Of a stretch of 64,000 bases of DNA, positions 36,703-46,949 are shown piece after piece (the stretch's first letter is position 1; every line of letters begins with the position of its first letter). The notes beneath the pieces were generated by a model that searched no databases, was not told the origin of the DNA, and saw only the letters and a list, made by a program, of their open reading frames with translations. Source of the DNA: Minisyncoccota bacterium (GTDB taxonomy: Bacteria; Patescibacteriota; Minisyncoccia; Moranbacterales; UBA2206); the NCBI GenBank assembly GCA_031291955.1, contig JARLIA010000009.1, positions 1,772 to 65,771 of the forward strand. Direction: 5' to 3'. Position numbers and translations under genes: made by a program.

Positions 36703-39174
36703 TCATTTCTCCATCTTCCCAATCTCGACCGTCGTTTTGATGACCGTGTCGGGATTCAAAGAAATGGAATCAATGCCTTCGGTCACGAGGAATTTGGCAA
36801 AATCGAGAAAATCGGACGGAGCTTGGCCACAGATGCCGACTTTCCGTTTGCAAGTGTGGGCTTTTTTAATAACTTGACGGATAAGTTCTTTCACCGCTTC
36901 ATTGCGTTCATCATAAACATGGGCGACTTTAGCCGAGTCGCGGTCGACGCCGAGCGTCAGCTGGGTCAGGTCATTAGAACCAATGGAAAATCCGTCGAAA
37001 ATTTTGGAAAATTCGTTGGCCAAAATGACATTAGACGGGATCTCGCACATCACATAAACTTCCAGATTGTTCTTGCCGCGCTCGAGGCCATGACGCCTCA
37101 TTTGCGCCAACACTTCTTCCCCCTCTTTCACCGTCCGGCAGAACGGCACCATGATTTTGACGTTGGTGAGCCCCATGACGTCCCGCACCTTTTTGAACGC
37201 TCGGCATTCCAAGGCGAATCCTTCCATATAATCCGGATCATAATAACGCGAGGCGCCGCGCCAGCCGATCATTGGGTTCTCTTCCTTCGGTTCAAAATCC
37301 GCGCCGCCAATGAGAGTTGAATATTCATTGGTCTTAAAATCAGAGAGGCGCACGATGACATCTTTCGGATAGAAAGCGGCCGCGATCCGGCCAATGCCTT
37401 CGGCCAGCTTCTCCACAAAAAATTCCTCTTTGTTGTCGTAGCCATGAGTCAGGTCGTTGATTTGGCGACGGACTTCATGGTCCTTGATCTGATCGAAATA
37501 TTTGAGGGCCAGTGGATGAATCTTGATATATTCGGTAATGATGAATTCTTCCCGAGCCAAACCCACACCGTCATTGGGTATGAAAGATAGATCGAAAGCC
37601 TGGTCGGGATTACCAACATTCATCATGATCTTGGTTTTGGTTTTTGGGATATTTTTGAGATCGGTGCGTTTGACCGTAAAGCCCAAAAGACTGTCATAAA
37701 CACGCCCCTCTTCCCCTTCGGCGCAACTGACTGTTACCGCTCGGCCGTTTTTCACCACCCGAGTGGCGTTGCCAGTGCCGACAACACATGGGATGCCCAA
37801 TTCCCGACTGACAATGGCCGCGTGAGAAGTCCTCCCGCCGGAATTGGTGACGATAGCGGCCGCGATTTTCATAATCGGCTCCCAATCCGGATCGGTCATT
37901 TCCGTCACCAGCACCTCGCCTTTTTTGAACTGGGCGATCTTGGCCACGTCTTTTATCACATTGGCTTTCCCTTGTCCGATTTTCGCGCCAACAGCTGAAC
38001 CGACAGTAAGGACCTTTCCCTTCTCGCTAATTTTGTATTCTTCCAGCACGCGCCGGTCCTTTTGCGACTCGACCGTTTCCGGCCGAGCTTGAACGATGTA
38101 GAGCTCGCGACTGCGGCCATCTTTGGCCCATTCGATGTCCATCGGCTTCTTGTAATGCTCTTCAATCTTCATCCCCCAGCGCGCCAGCTCCAGTACTTCC
38201 TCATCGGTCAAACAAAATTTCTTGCGGTCTTCCATCGGCACTTTAACATCCTGGGTCGATGAATTCCCGCCAACCGAATAGACCAGCTTATTTTCTTTGC
38301 TACCCATTTTTTTGCCGATGATCGGTTCAAATCCTTGAGCCAGCATTGGTTTATGGAGAATAAACTCGTCCGGCGTAACTTTGCCTTTCACGATATTTTC
38401 CCCCAGGCCCCAAGAACCATTGATGACGATGGCGTCGGCAAAACCCGATTCGGTGTCAATGGTAAACATCACCCCGCTGCAGGCTTCGTCCGAGCGGATC
38501 ATTTTCTGGACGCCGACCGAAAGAGCAATCTTGAAATGATCAAAACCTTTATCCACCCGATATGAGATGGCCCGGTCGGTGAAAAGCGAAGCGATACATT
38601 TCTTGACTGATTCCAAAAGCTGGTATTCCCCGCTGACATTGAGATAGGATTCCTGTTGCCCCGCAAAAGACGCGTCAACCAGATCTTCGGCAGTCGCGGA
38701 TGATCTCACCGCCACATCCACTCCACCGGCGAAATGGTTAGTGTGGTCGTCAGCATCCCAAGTAATCCGGAAATCCTTGTGACGGATATATTCTTTGGAA
38801 AGTTTCCGATAGCCTTCGACGATTTCGTTCCGCAAATCGATCGGAAAATCGGCCGACAAAATCGCTTCCCGGATCTGATAGCCCCGCTTGGCCAAATTCA
38901 CCATATTGCGGGTGTTGAGACCTTTTAAAATGTCTTTAATCTTCTGATCAAGTTTGTTCCAGGCAATGAAATGGCGATAGGCTTTCGAAGTGATGGCAAA
39001 ACCGTTCGGCACCCGGATGCCACGCGCGCGCAAATTGGAATACATCTCGCCGAGCGACGCGTTCTTGCCGCCGGCATATTCGATATCGCCGATCCCAAGC
39101 TCCGAAAACCACAAGATCAGTTGGTCTTTTTTATTTTTGCTCTTGTTTTTTTGGACGGTTTTTTTCGTCGGCAT
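36703..39174 (-). CDS. ppsA: phosphoenolpyruvate synthase (pyruvate, water dikinase)
   Basis: N-terminal ATP-grasp region (WFSELGIGDIEYAGGKNASLGEMY), phosphohistidine mobile domain GGRTSHAAIVSRELGIPCVVG, C-terminal PEP-utilising TIM barrel. Start taken at MPTKKT. Confidence 0.9.
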   Translation of the reverse strand: MPTKKTVQKNKSKNKKDQLILWFSELGIGDIEYAGGKNASLGEMYSNLRARGIRVPNGFAITSKAYRHFIAWNKLDQKIKDILKGLNTRNMVNLAKRGYQIREAILSADFPIDLRNEIVEGYRKLSKEYIRHKDFRITWDADDHTNHFAGGVDVAVRSSATAEDLVDASFAGQQESYLNVSGEYQLLESVKKCIASLFTDRAISYRVDKGFDHFKIALSVGVQKMIRSDEACSGVMFTIDTESGFADAIVINGSWGLGENIVKGKVTPDEFILHKPMLAQGFEPIIGKKMGSKENKLVYSVGGNSSTQDVKVPMEDRKKFCLTDEEVLELARWGMKIEEHYKKPMDIEWAKDGRSRELYIVQARPETVESQKDRRVLEEYKISEKGKVLTVGSAVGAKIGQGKANVIKDVAKIAQFKKGEVLVTEMTDPDWEPIMKIAAAIVTNSGGRTSHAAIVSRELGIPCVVGTGNATRVVKNGRAVTVSCAEGEEGRVYDSLLGFTVKRTDLKNIPKTKTKIMMNVGNPDQAFDLSFIPNDGVGLAREEFIITEYIKIHPLALKYFDQIKDHEVRRQINDLTHGYDNKEEFFVEKLAEGIGRIAAAFYPKDVIVRLSDFKTNEYSTLIGGADFEPKEENPMIGWRGASRYYDPDYMEGFALECRAFKKVRDVMGLTNVKIMVPFCRTVKEGEEVLAQMRRHGLERGKNNLEVYVMCEIPSNVILANEFSKIFDGFSIGSNDLTQLTLGVDRDSAKVAHVYDERNEAVKELIRQVIKKAHTCKRKVGICGQAPSDFLDFAKFLVTEGIDSISLNPDTVIKTTVEIGKMEK

Positions 39175-39218
39175 AAAATTATTTTTATTGTTTATTTTTC
39201 CTGATTGCATTATACCAC

Positions 39219-39265
39219 AAAAACCGTAAAAACGCAGTAGAGCCCCGCTTTGGCGAGGCTCTACG
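39219..39265 (-). terminator. Rho-independent terminator
   Basis: gtagagcc...ggctctac stem followed on the minus strand by a T-rich run. Confidence 0.55.
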
Positions 39266-39291
39266 ATAAATCATAAGAAAATAATAATCAA

Positions 39292-39918
39292 TCAGTTTCC
39301 TTTCTTTTGAGAAATAACATCACTCCACTGATAAGTCTTACCGGTAATTTCCTGGCCTTTCTGATCATTTGGAGAAATCCCAACCTTGGACAGATCCATG
39401 GCGTAACGCCTTCGGGCGGTCGTGTCAAGGATCGGCCGTCCGTCCGGGCCGTTTTTGCCGGTGTCCTTTTGGGTGGCTTGCGTCAAAATTTCCGCTTGTT
39501 TGTCAGTCAAGTCCACCAGCAGAATCAGGAAGCCGGTCTTTTCCGCCAGAGAAAATTGATGATTACTCGGCATAATCAGCACGATATCGCCGCGCTGATA
39601 ACACTGACTCGTCTGGCCGACCGGACATTTGGTATTCTCAATCTGGACCAACAACTTATGAGCAGTCGCCTTGCCCATTGTGGCCGCTTGAGAGAGCGAC
39701 ACTTGACTGTCAGTCATCTGAGCGACCAACTTAGACCGCTGATATTTCCGATAGCCGAATATTCCCCCGCCAACAACCACAGCTAAAATTATTACTGCCG
39801 CCAACCAAAACAACCACGATCGACCACGCAAACTTCGCCTAATCGCGTCAAAAGTCAGAAGAAATAAATTTTTGATAATGATTGGGATCAACCGAATGGC
39901 ACGTAAAATTTTTTTCAT
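39292..39918 (-). CDS. hypothetical single-pass membrane protein
   Basis: Arg/Lys-rich N-terminus, TM (WLFWLAAVIILAVVVGGGIFGY), then a ~140-aa soluble domain. Confidence 0.45.
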   Translation of the reverse strand: MKKILRAIRLIPIIIKNLFLLTFDAIRRSLRGRSWLFWLAAVIILAVVVGGGIFGYRKYQRSKLVAQMTDSQVSLSQAATMGKATAHKLLVQIENTKCPVGQTSQCYQRGDIVLIMPSNHQFSLAEKTGFLILLVDLTDKQAEILTQATQKDTGKNGPDGRPILDTTARRRYAMDLSKVGISPNDQKGQEITGKTYQWSDVISQKKGN

Positions 39919-40031
39919 TGGTTTAAAATTATATTTTTATTAGCTAGCTACATTATAGCCTAAAAAAATCTAATTTAAAAGGAGCCTGACGGCTCCTGAT
40001 GCCACAAATACGGCCTCTGATCTAAAGTTAT

Positions 40032-41474
40032 TCAGACTTCTTCCACCTTCACCAGACTCATGTGCTCGCGCAAGGCGCCCGGTCGTCCGGCCACAATGAT
40101 CACTCTTTCTTTCGGTTCGACCAGATTATTCTTCAAAAGCGTATCGATAGAACGGTCAATGAGCTCATCCAAAGTCCGACATTCCGGCAAAACGAAAGTT
40201 TCCACTCCCCAAACCAAGCTCATCTGATAGTGCACGCTTTCATTGTTAGTCATGACCCAGACCGGACGGTCCGGCCGATGGCGAGCCACCATCCGGGCCG
40301 AAAAGCCGCTGGTACTGGCCGCCACAATCGCTTTAGAATTAGTATCCTTCAAAAGTTCATGGGCGCTGTGAGCAATGGCCGCCGAAACAGTGTGTGATTT
40401 GTCTCCCAAAAAACCATGCGCCAGAATATCAAAAGGCGATTTTTCTGTTTTCAAAATGATGTCGCGCATGACGCGAACCGCTTCGGCCGGATATTTTCCA
40501 TTGGCTGTTTCTCCAGACAGCATAACTGAGTCAGTGTGATCGATAACAGCATTGGAAACATCCGAAACTTCTGCTCTGGTCGGCCGCGGATTTTCAATCA
40601 TCGAATTCAACATCTGGGTGGCCACAATAACCGGCGTGGCATTCCGAAGACAACGTGAAATGATTTCCTTCTGATAGATAACCACCTTGCTTTCTTCCAT
40701 CTCAATGCCCAAATCCCCTCGCGCTACCATGACTGCGTCCGTGGCCTTAATAATTTCCACGATATTTTTGATAGCTTCTTTTCGTTCAATTTTGGAAACA
40801 ATAAGAGGGATTTGCTCATCGCGGCCCAGCATTTTCTTGATCTTTTCCCGGGTTGCGATAATCTCGGCGGCATTGGCCACAAAAGACAAGGCTACAAAAT
40901 CAACCCCCTTCCCCAAAGCAAATTTCAAATCCACTTCATCTTTTTCCGTCACCGCACCAATCTTCAGCTTGGCGTCCGGGATATTGACGCCCTTGTGATT
41001 CTTGACGACGCCGCCGTCCTCAACTTTGGCGACCAAATAATTATCCCCTTTTTCAACAACATTAATTCTCAATAACCCGTCTTCGATAAGAATGTCATTA
41101 CCTATTTCAATGTCAGCCACAATCCCCGGCCAATCCAGGCCGACAATCTTAATCTCCGGATTTAAGATTTCAGATTTTTCAACCGAACTATCATAAACGT
41201 AAATCCTTTCTCCTTTTTCAATCTCAACGTCCTCATCAACCACCGTCCTGATTCTAGGTCCCTGAAGATCAGCCATGATGCCAACAGCCATGCCCATCTC
41301 CTGGCGCAATTCTTTGACATAATCGATAATCTGTCCGTTGGACTCATGCGTACCATGGGAAAAATTTATCCGGGCGACATTCACGCCCAGCTCGATGATT
41401 TCCCGAATTTTTTCCTTGCTGCCGGTCGCCGGCCCCAACGTCGCGACAATTTTGGTTCTTTTAGTTGTATTCAT
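40032..41474 (-). CDS. pyk: pyruvate kinase
   Basis: TKIVATLGPATGS...ARINFSHGTHE, K/Mg site (MVARGDLGIE), C-terminal effector domain. Start taken at MNTTKRTKIV. Confidence 0.95.
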   Translation of the reverse strand: MNTTKRTKIVATLGPATGSKEKIREIIELGVNVARINFSHGTHESNGQIIDYVKELRQEMGMAVGIMADLQGPRIRTVVDEDVEIEKGERIYVYDSSVEKSEILNPEIKIVGLDWPGIVADIEIGNDILIEDGLLRINVVEKGDNYLVAKVEDGGVVKNHKGVNIPDAKLKIGAVTEKDEVDLKFALGKGVDFVALSFVANAAEIIATREKIKKMLGRDEQIPLIVSKIERKEAIKNIVEIIKATDAVMVARGDLGIEMEESKVVIYQKEIISRCLRNATPVIVATQMLNSMIENPRPTRAEVSDVSNAVIDHTDSVMLSGETANGKYPAEAVRVMRDIILKTEKSPFDILAHGFLGDKSHTVSAAIAHSAHELLKDTNSKAIVAASTSGFSARMVARHRPDRPVWVMTNNESVHYQMSLVWGVETFVLPECRTLDELIDRSIDTLLKNNLVEPKERVIIVAGRPGALREHMSLVKVEEV

Positions 41475-41540
41475 ATTTATTATTATATTCGCAAAAAATA
41501 AAACAGGCAACCACAAAAGTTGCCCGTTTTAAAATATAGG

Positions 41541-41924
41541 CTACAGAATTTTGATTCCGCCAATGAGTGGCAACGGTTTCATCTCGCCTTTGGCCGCCGC
41601 AACAATGCCTAAAATCATAAAAACAATGCCTGCAATCCAGACGATGAACTCGAGCAAGAAACCAATCAGAATGATCATGAGAACAGCCGAAACGATCCAG
41701 CCGAGAACCCAGAAGAGAAGCAGGTTCAACTGCTGGCCGGCGTGGAATTTGGCAAAAGGACTGTTTTTCGAGGAATCATTAATAAGCGGGACGAAAAACA
41801 AAATCGGCACGATGTAGCCCACAATCGCCATTACCTTATTCTTTTCGGCGTCGGAGCTCTCCGCTTTCGGCGCGGAATCACTCTGCTCCGGCATATTTGA
41901 ATTTTTTGTGTTTTGTTCTTCCAT
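41541..41924 (-). CDS. small membrane protein (DUF4870-like), hypothetical
   Basis: The acidic N-terminus is followed by three TM segments. Confidence 0.5.
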   Translation of the reverse strand: MEEQNTKNSNMPEQSDSAPKAESSDAEKNKVMAIVGYIVPILFFVPLINDSSKNSPFAKFHAGQQLNLLLFWVLGWIVSAVLMIILIGFLLEFIVWIAGIVFMILGIVAAAKGEMKPLPLIGGIKIL

Positions 41925-42062
41925 ATTACACCCCCGATCTATTTTAAAAAACCTGATCTGCTTGTCTATTATTTTACAATGCTATGTCCGTTTTTCTTGC
42001 TTTTATCGTAACATGGGATGGAAAATAAGCCAACCAAAAAACGTCATTCGGAACGCGCCAAA

Positions 42063-42962
42063 TTACACTTCCATCCCCCGCAAAGCCTTCACCCTGTCTT
42101 CTATAGGCGGATGAGTCATAAAAAGTTTCGAGATTTTTTTGCCGCGGAAAGGATTGGAGATGAACATGTGAGCGGTGGCGCGATTGGCTTCTTTCAGTGG
42201 AGTTGGGTTGGCCGAGATTTTTTCCAAGGCGCGGGCCAGCCCTTCTGGATATCTGGTCAGTAGCGCTCCGTCGGCGTCGGCCAAAAATTCCCGGCGGCGG
42301 GAAATTGCCAACTGCATGAGAACCGCCGCAACCGGCGCTAAGATCGAAAGAAGGATAGCCACCACGATCATGATCATTTGCAATTGCCCGCCTTCACTGT
42401 CGTTTCCGCGCGAGCGCATTCCGCCAAAAAAAGTCCAATTTCGGAACCAATCAGCCATCAGTACCACAAACCCAACCAAAACAGTGACGACTGTTGAGAG
42501 CAGAATGTCGCGATTGCCAATATGGGAAAGCTCGTGGGCAATTACGCCTTGTAGTTCCGACTTCTCAAGCTTATCAATGATGCCGGTCGTGAGACACACC
42601 ACGCCGTGCTCGGGGTCGCGCCCGGTGGCAAAAGCGTTGGGCGAACTGTCTTGAATAATATAAATCTTGGGGAGCGGCAGACCGGCAGTGATGCAGAGAT
42701 TTTCGACGAGATTATAGATTTCGGGGTTGCTCGCCCGGTCGACCGGTCGTGCTTTAGACATCGCGAGAACGATTTTGTCGCTCCACCAATAGGAAACAAA
42801 ACTCATGCCGACCGAAAAGATGACGGCAATATACAAAATTATGCTTGAGTTAAGGGCGGTCGCAAAAACATAGCCGATCAAAATCACAAACACCAAAAAC
42901 CCGGTGATATAGAGCCAGGTCATCCTAATATTCTTATCCGCTTGATTGTATAAAGTTGCCAT
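42063..42962 (-). CDS. htpX: M48 family zinc metalloprotease HtpX
   Basis: HEXXH (VIAHELSHIGNRD), two N-terminal TM segments, downstream E of the HtpX type. Confidence 0.9.
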   Translation of the reverse strand: MATLYNQADKNIRMTWLYITGFLVFVILIGYVFATALNSSIILYIAVIFSVGMSFVSYWWSDKIVLAMSKARPVDRASNPEIYNLVENLCITAGLPLPKIYIIQDSSPNAFATGRDPEHGVVCLTTGIIDKLEKSELQGVIAHELSHIGNRDILLSTVVTVLVGFVVLMADWFRNWTFFGGMRSRGNDSEGGQLQMIMIVVAILLSILAPVAAVLMQLAISRRREFLADADGALLTRYPEGLARALEKISANPTPLKEANRATAHMFISNPFRGKKISKLFMTHPPIEDRVKALRGMEV

Positions 42963-42978
42963 AAATCAGTAATTCTGA

Positions 42979-43536
42979 CTAAAATTGCACATCCGGCACT
43001 GCCTTTTCTCCTTCTTCCGTCTCGAAGAAATCGCGCTTGGTGAATCCCAAAGAATTCGCCATTAGATTGGTCGGGAAAGATTCAATCTTTATGTTCAAAT
43101 CGCGGGCGTTGGCATTGTAGAACCGGCGGGCGGCCATGATCTTGTCTTCTGTGTCGGTCAACTCCCTTTGCAATTCCAGGAAATTCTCATTGGCTTTCAG
43201 TTGGGGATAATTTTCGGCGACCGCAAAAAGACTGCGAAGCGCCCCGGACAAATTGTTTTCCGCTTGGATCTTGTCGGCAGGCGCGCCGGCGCCGGCCGAA
43301 ATGGCTCGCGCTCGGGCTTCGGTCACGTGTTCAAAAACTTCTTTTTCGTGAGCGGCATAACCTTTCACGGTGCTTACCAGGTTAGGAATGAGATCGTGCC
43401 GGCGCTTCAGCTGAACGTCGATGTCACTCCAAGCTTCATCCGTCCGGTTTTTTAGCCGAACCAAGCCGTTATACATCCCAGCAATGACAGCCACGAAAAC
43501 AACAATCAGAACAATAATTATTACGAGTCCGAACAT
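42979..43536 (-). CDS. lemA: LemA family protein
   Basis: N-terminal TM, then the LemA signature (GLVRLKNRTDEAWSDIDVQLKRRHDLIPNLV...RELTDTEDKIMAARRFYN). Confidence 0.9.
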   Translation of the reverse strand: MFGLVIIIVLIVVFVAVIAGMYNGLVRLKNRTDEAWSDIDVQLKRRHDLIPNLVSTVKGYAAHEKEVFEHVTEARARAISAGAGAPADKIQAENNLSGALRSLFAVAENYPQLKANENFLELQRELTDTEDKIMAARRFYNANARDLNIKIESFPTNLMANSLGFTKRDFFETEEGEKAVPDVQF

Positions 43537-43636
43537 AGATTTATTCTTAATGATTACCTTCCCAGTCTAGCAACTTTCCGGCCAGATGTAAAATATGATA
43601 TACTTGATTTATACGCATTATTAAAATAAAAAAATT

Positions 43637-44089
43637 ATGTTTAATCTGTCAAAATATTTGATCTTTCTCGTGCCGATCGCCGTCTGGTTCATCGTTCAGG
43701 GCATTAAGTTTCTTCTTTTCTCTATGAAATACGGCTGGGACATTCGGGAAACTTTGGCCCACGTCAGCTACGGCCACATGCCCAGCGCCCACACCGGTTT
43801 TGTGACGGCTCTCGTAACTTCAGTCGGCTGGTACGATGGATTAAGCTCGGGCGCTTTTGCCGTGGCCTTGATTTTGGCTATCATGACCATCGATGATTCG
43901 ATTCGCCTCCGCATGTATATCGGCAGCCAAGGCATGTATTTCAACCGGCTAGTGGCTCGCCTCAACTTGGACGAAACAGAATTTCCCAAACTCAAAGAAA
44001 GAATGGGTCACCGGGTGGACGAAGTCATCGTCGGCGGAATCCTGGGTTTTCTTTTTACCATCCTTTTGATCAATCTCTTGAGTCACTAG
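43637..44089 (+). CDS. divergent PAP2-family membrane protein (DUF212)
   Basis: YGHMPSAHTGFVTAL corresponds to the GMPSSHSA motif. Confidence 0.75.
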   Translation: MFNLSKYLIFLVPIAVWFIVQGIKFLLFSMKYGWDIRETLAHVSYGHMPSAHTGFVTALVTSVGWYDGLSSGAFAVALILAIMTIDDSIRLRMYIGSQGMYFNRLVARLNLDETEFPKLKERMGHRVDEVIVGGILGFLFTILLINLLSH

Positions 44090-45383
44090 TCGACAGTTCT
44101 TCCAAAATAACTCGCTTGTCGTTCCAAGGAATTTTTTCATTCCCAACCATCATGTTTTCTTCCGCCCCTTTCCCGGTCACAATCACCACGTCACCCGGCC
44201 GGGCCAAAGCCAGCGCTTTTCGGATGGCTTCCCGCCGATCCATGATCTTCCAAAAGTTTTCGTTCTCTATTTTATGCTTTATACCCTTGGCCACTTCATT
44301 GATGATTTGCCACGGATCTTCTCCGTAAGGATCCTCGTTGGTAAGAATCATGAGGTCGGTATGTTTGTCGACTATCTCACCCATCATCGGCCTCTTTCCC
44401 CGATCGCGTTCTCCGCACGATCCCATGACCGAAATCACATGCGTTTTGAGCGTATTTTGACCAGCCGACCTTTTTCGGATAAGACTAACCAGGTTATATA
44501 ATTTTTCCAAACTATCCGGCGTCAAGGCATAGTCCACGATGATATCGATATTTTTGTCGTTCGGAACATGCTCCATCCGACCCGGCACGCCGGTGATTTT
44601 TTCCAAGGCGGTTTTCATCGTATCCATAGCTATTCCTTCCGCCAGACCGACCGAAACAGCCGCCAAAGCGTTTTCCACATTGAAAAGTCCCGGCAGTCGC
44701 AGTTCGAAACGCGTTTTGTCCACGCTGAAGTGGGCGTAATTAATACCCAGATCAATATCCGCCGCCCGGACAGTTTCGATATGGCCGCAGTCATATTTCC
44801 GAACGTCGACATCTGCGCGAGTAGTAAAGCCATATTTAGCAATGCCACTGGCACAATCCAGATAATCCTTGGCATTGGTCATATCAAGATTGACTACCGC
44901 AATCTGGACACGCTTAAACAGTTTGAGTTTAGCGATCCGGTAATGCTCCATATTTTTGTGGTAATCCAAGTGTTCCCGCGTCACATTAGTGATAACGGCC
45001 GTCCGATACTGGACGCCCCAGACCCGGTTCTGGTCGAGCGAATGAGAAGAGGTTTCCAAAACGACATACTCACAGCCGGCATCAACCGCCTGACGCAGGA
45101 ATTTTTGAACGCTAAACGAAGACAGCGTGGTAAATTTAGTCTTATTGATCCACTCCTTCTCCGCAATCTTGAAATTGATGGTCGAGGCCATGGCAATTTT
45201 TTTCCCACTTTCTTCCAAAATCCGTCCAATCATCTGAACGGTTGTTGTTTTGCCGTTGGTGCCGGTGACACCGATAACCTTAAGCCCTCTGGAGGGAAAG
45301 CCATAGACATAGTTGGCCGCCGCGGCTTGCGCCAAGTGGTAATAATTTTTTGTTTTTTGCGGAACCAGTGATTTTATGTTCAT
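44070..45383 (-). CDS. murE: Mur ligase, MurE-type (UDP-MurNAc-L-Ala-D-Glu: diamino acid ligase), lacking the usual N-terminal UDP-binding domain
   Basis: P-loop GVTGTNGKTTT only ~35 aa from the N-terminus; blocks matching E. coli MurE (TNVTREHLDYHKNMEHY vs TNLSRDHLDYHGDMEHY; VDYALTPDSLEKL; GSCGERDRGKRPMMGEI; VTGKGAEENMMVGNEKIPWND vs [20 protein letters not shown]). Confidence 0.75.
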   Translation of the reverse strand: MNIKSLVPQKTKNYYHLAQAAAANYVYGFPSRGLKVIGVTGTNGKTTTVQMIGRILEESGKKIAMASTINFKIAEKEWINKTKFTTLSSFSVQKFLRQAVDAGCEYVVLETSSHSLDQNRVWGVQYRTAVITNVTREHLDYHKNMEHYRIAKLKLFKRVQIAVVNLDMTNAKDYLDCASGIAKYGFTTRADVDVRKYDCGHIETVRAADIDLGINYAHFSVDKTRFELRLPGLFNVENALAAVSVGLAEGIAMDTMKTALEKITGVPGRMEHVPNDKNIDIIVDYALTPDSLEKLYNLVSLIRKRSAGQNTLKTHVISVMGSCGERDRGKRPMMGEIVDKHTDLMILTNEDPYGEDPWQIINEVAKGIKHKIENENFWKIMDRREAIRKALALARPGDVVIVTGKGAEENMMVGNEKIPWNDKRVILEELSTSDSRD

Positions 45384-45387
45384 AATT

Positions 45388-46422
45388 TCAAATATAACTT
45401 TTGACTTTCTGAATACTACGATAAAGCCAATATTTTCTTTTGTCCAGGACTATATCGCAGCAGCCGGGAAATTTGACAGAGGCGGTGGCCGGCGAAAACC
45501 CTGATTTGAATCGGGTGATTCCCTCTCCCGTTTTGGTGTTTATACCGCCAAAATCATACTTTTGGCAGCCGGATGCTTTGGCGTCCAAAATTTGACGCCA
45601 TTGCAACAGGAACGGTGCCATGACGTTTCTGTATTCATCGTCTGATGCTCCGTGAAGATATGTACAAACTTCACCGTAGAATATTACCAGATTGGCGCAA
45701 ATAATCCTTCCCTCATATCCGGCCAGGTATAATTTCAAAACCCCCTCCGGAATCGTTTCGAACATTTTCTGATAATAATTCCCCGGATGCGTGGCAATCT
45801 TGTTCCGTTCACCCATAACTTTGGTTAGTCTGATAAATTCTTCGATATATTTCTCGCTTTGCGCTCCACGTTCCACGCTCCACGCTTTTACGCCCTTCTT
45901 CTCCGCGAGCCGAATATTATACCGTGCCTTGCTTTTCATCCCGGCCAGCATTTCTTCTTCTGAATTAGCAATATCAATCATGAATAATTCCCGCGGCTGC
46001 ATATCATGCGGCGCCGGAACAATTTTATATTTGGTATTTTTTTTGATTTCTTCCAATATTCCCTCTGTCGCCGGCTCAATCCTCACCCACCCGGCTTTTT
46101 CTTTTTTCGCTAAATTTATTAAGTTTTGTATTTGTTTTGAAATTTGGTCATTGGAACTTGAAAATTCATTGAAAATTGTCTCGCTTCGCGAGATCCGGCG
46201 TAGCCGGAAAAATTGAAAATTGAAAATTGGACCTCTGGGTACGTAAAAATATTTCCCGACAATCGGAAGCTGATGTTCAATAACGTTGGCATAAAATCCC
46301 TCCGCGGAAATATTGTACGTTTTCCGTCCGACACTCTCCTGAAATTTCCGCCACTCCGGTGATTGCAAAAAGCCCCCGTCGGGGGAATTTTGCTGGATGA
46401 ATTTTAAAATATCATTATCCAT
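45388..46422 (-). CDS. FemAB-family peptidoglycan interpeptide-bridge aminoacyltransferase (lipid II-dependent)
   Basis: Start taken at MDNDILKF, 2 nt after the upstream gene's stop; the ORF track begins at 46503. FemAB hallmarks: N-terminal GNAT-like half, central coiled region, ...YFYVPRGP... Confidence 0.8.
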   Translation of the reverse strand: MDNDILKFIQQNSPDGGFLQSPEWRKFQESVGRKTYNISAEGFYANVIEHQLPIVGKYFYVPRGPIFNFQFFRLRRISRSETIFNEFSSSNDQISKQIQNLINLAKKEKAGWVRIEPATEGILEEIKKNTKYKIVPAPHDMQPRELFMIDIANSEEEMLAGMKSKARYNIRLAEKKGVKAWSVERGAQSEKYIEEFIRLTKVMGERNKIATHPGNYYQKMFETIPEGVLKLYLAGYEGRIICANLVIFYGEVCTYLHGASDDEYRNVMAPFLLQWRQILDAKASGCQKYDFGGINTKTGEGITRFKSGFSPATASVKFPGCCDIVLDKRKYWLYRSIQKVKSYI

Positions 46423-46424
46423 AG

Positions 46425-46949
46425 CTAATTCGATTGCCAAACCACTTTTTTTATCCCGGGAATCTGGAGCAAGTTCACTTCGACTTCCGGTTGACAAGAA
46501 CACATCACAATCGATATTCCAGCCCAGCCTTCGATCGGAGAAATCTCCACGACTCCACTAACAACTTTGAAATTAGTCTGTTTCAAAACCTCCTGGCACA
46601 TTCCGTCAGTCGCCAGGACCGCCGTCTTTTTAGCCAACTCCACATCAGTGAGACCATCTTTTGGAACATCTGAGGTTACTTTTGCAGTAATGGTTTTTCG
46701 GTATCCTTCGCTATCCATGGCCACGCCGTTGCAAAATTTGGTCTTGTCTTGGTTGGAAACGAGATAGGTGATTTTCCCTGTTTGACCTATCGGTTTATTT
46801 GCCTGTTCGGTTTTATCAATTGATTTGACTGCCGGCACTGGCAGAGATGCTGGCTTAATTACCGGTTTATTTGCCGCAAAATAAGTCGCTACCCCGATGG
46901 CGATGATGATAATAGTTCCTAAAATCGCGATGGTGATCTTTTTGCCCAT
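46425..46949 (-). CDS. hypothetical membrane-anchored/secreted protein
   Basis: N-terminal TM/signal (ITIAILGTIIIIAIGVATYF); a TAGGTATAAT -10 lies upstream. Confidence 0.5.
   Translation of the reverse strand: MGKKITIAILGTIIIIAIGVATYFAANKPVIKPASLPVPAVKSIDKTEQANKPIGQTGKITYLVSNQDKTKFCNGVAMDSEGYRKTITAKVTSDVPKDGLTDVELAKKTAVLATDGMCQEVLKQTNFKVVSGVVEISPIEGWAGISIVMCSCQPEVEVNLLQIPGIKKVVWQSN

Noticed and set aside
44568-45371. 267-aa plus-strand ORF opposite murE
   Set aside because: Antisense to a CDS that aligns block-by-block with E. coli MurE.
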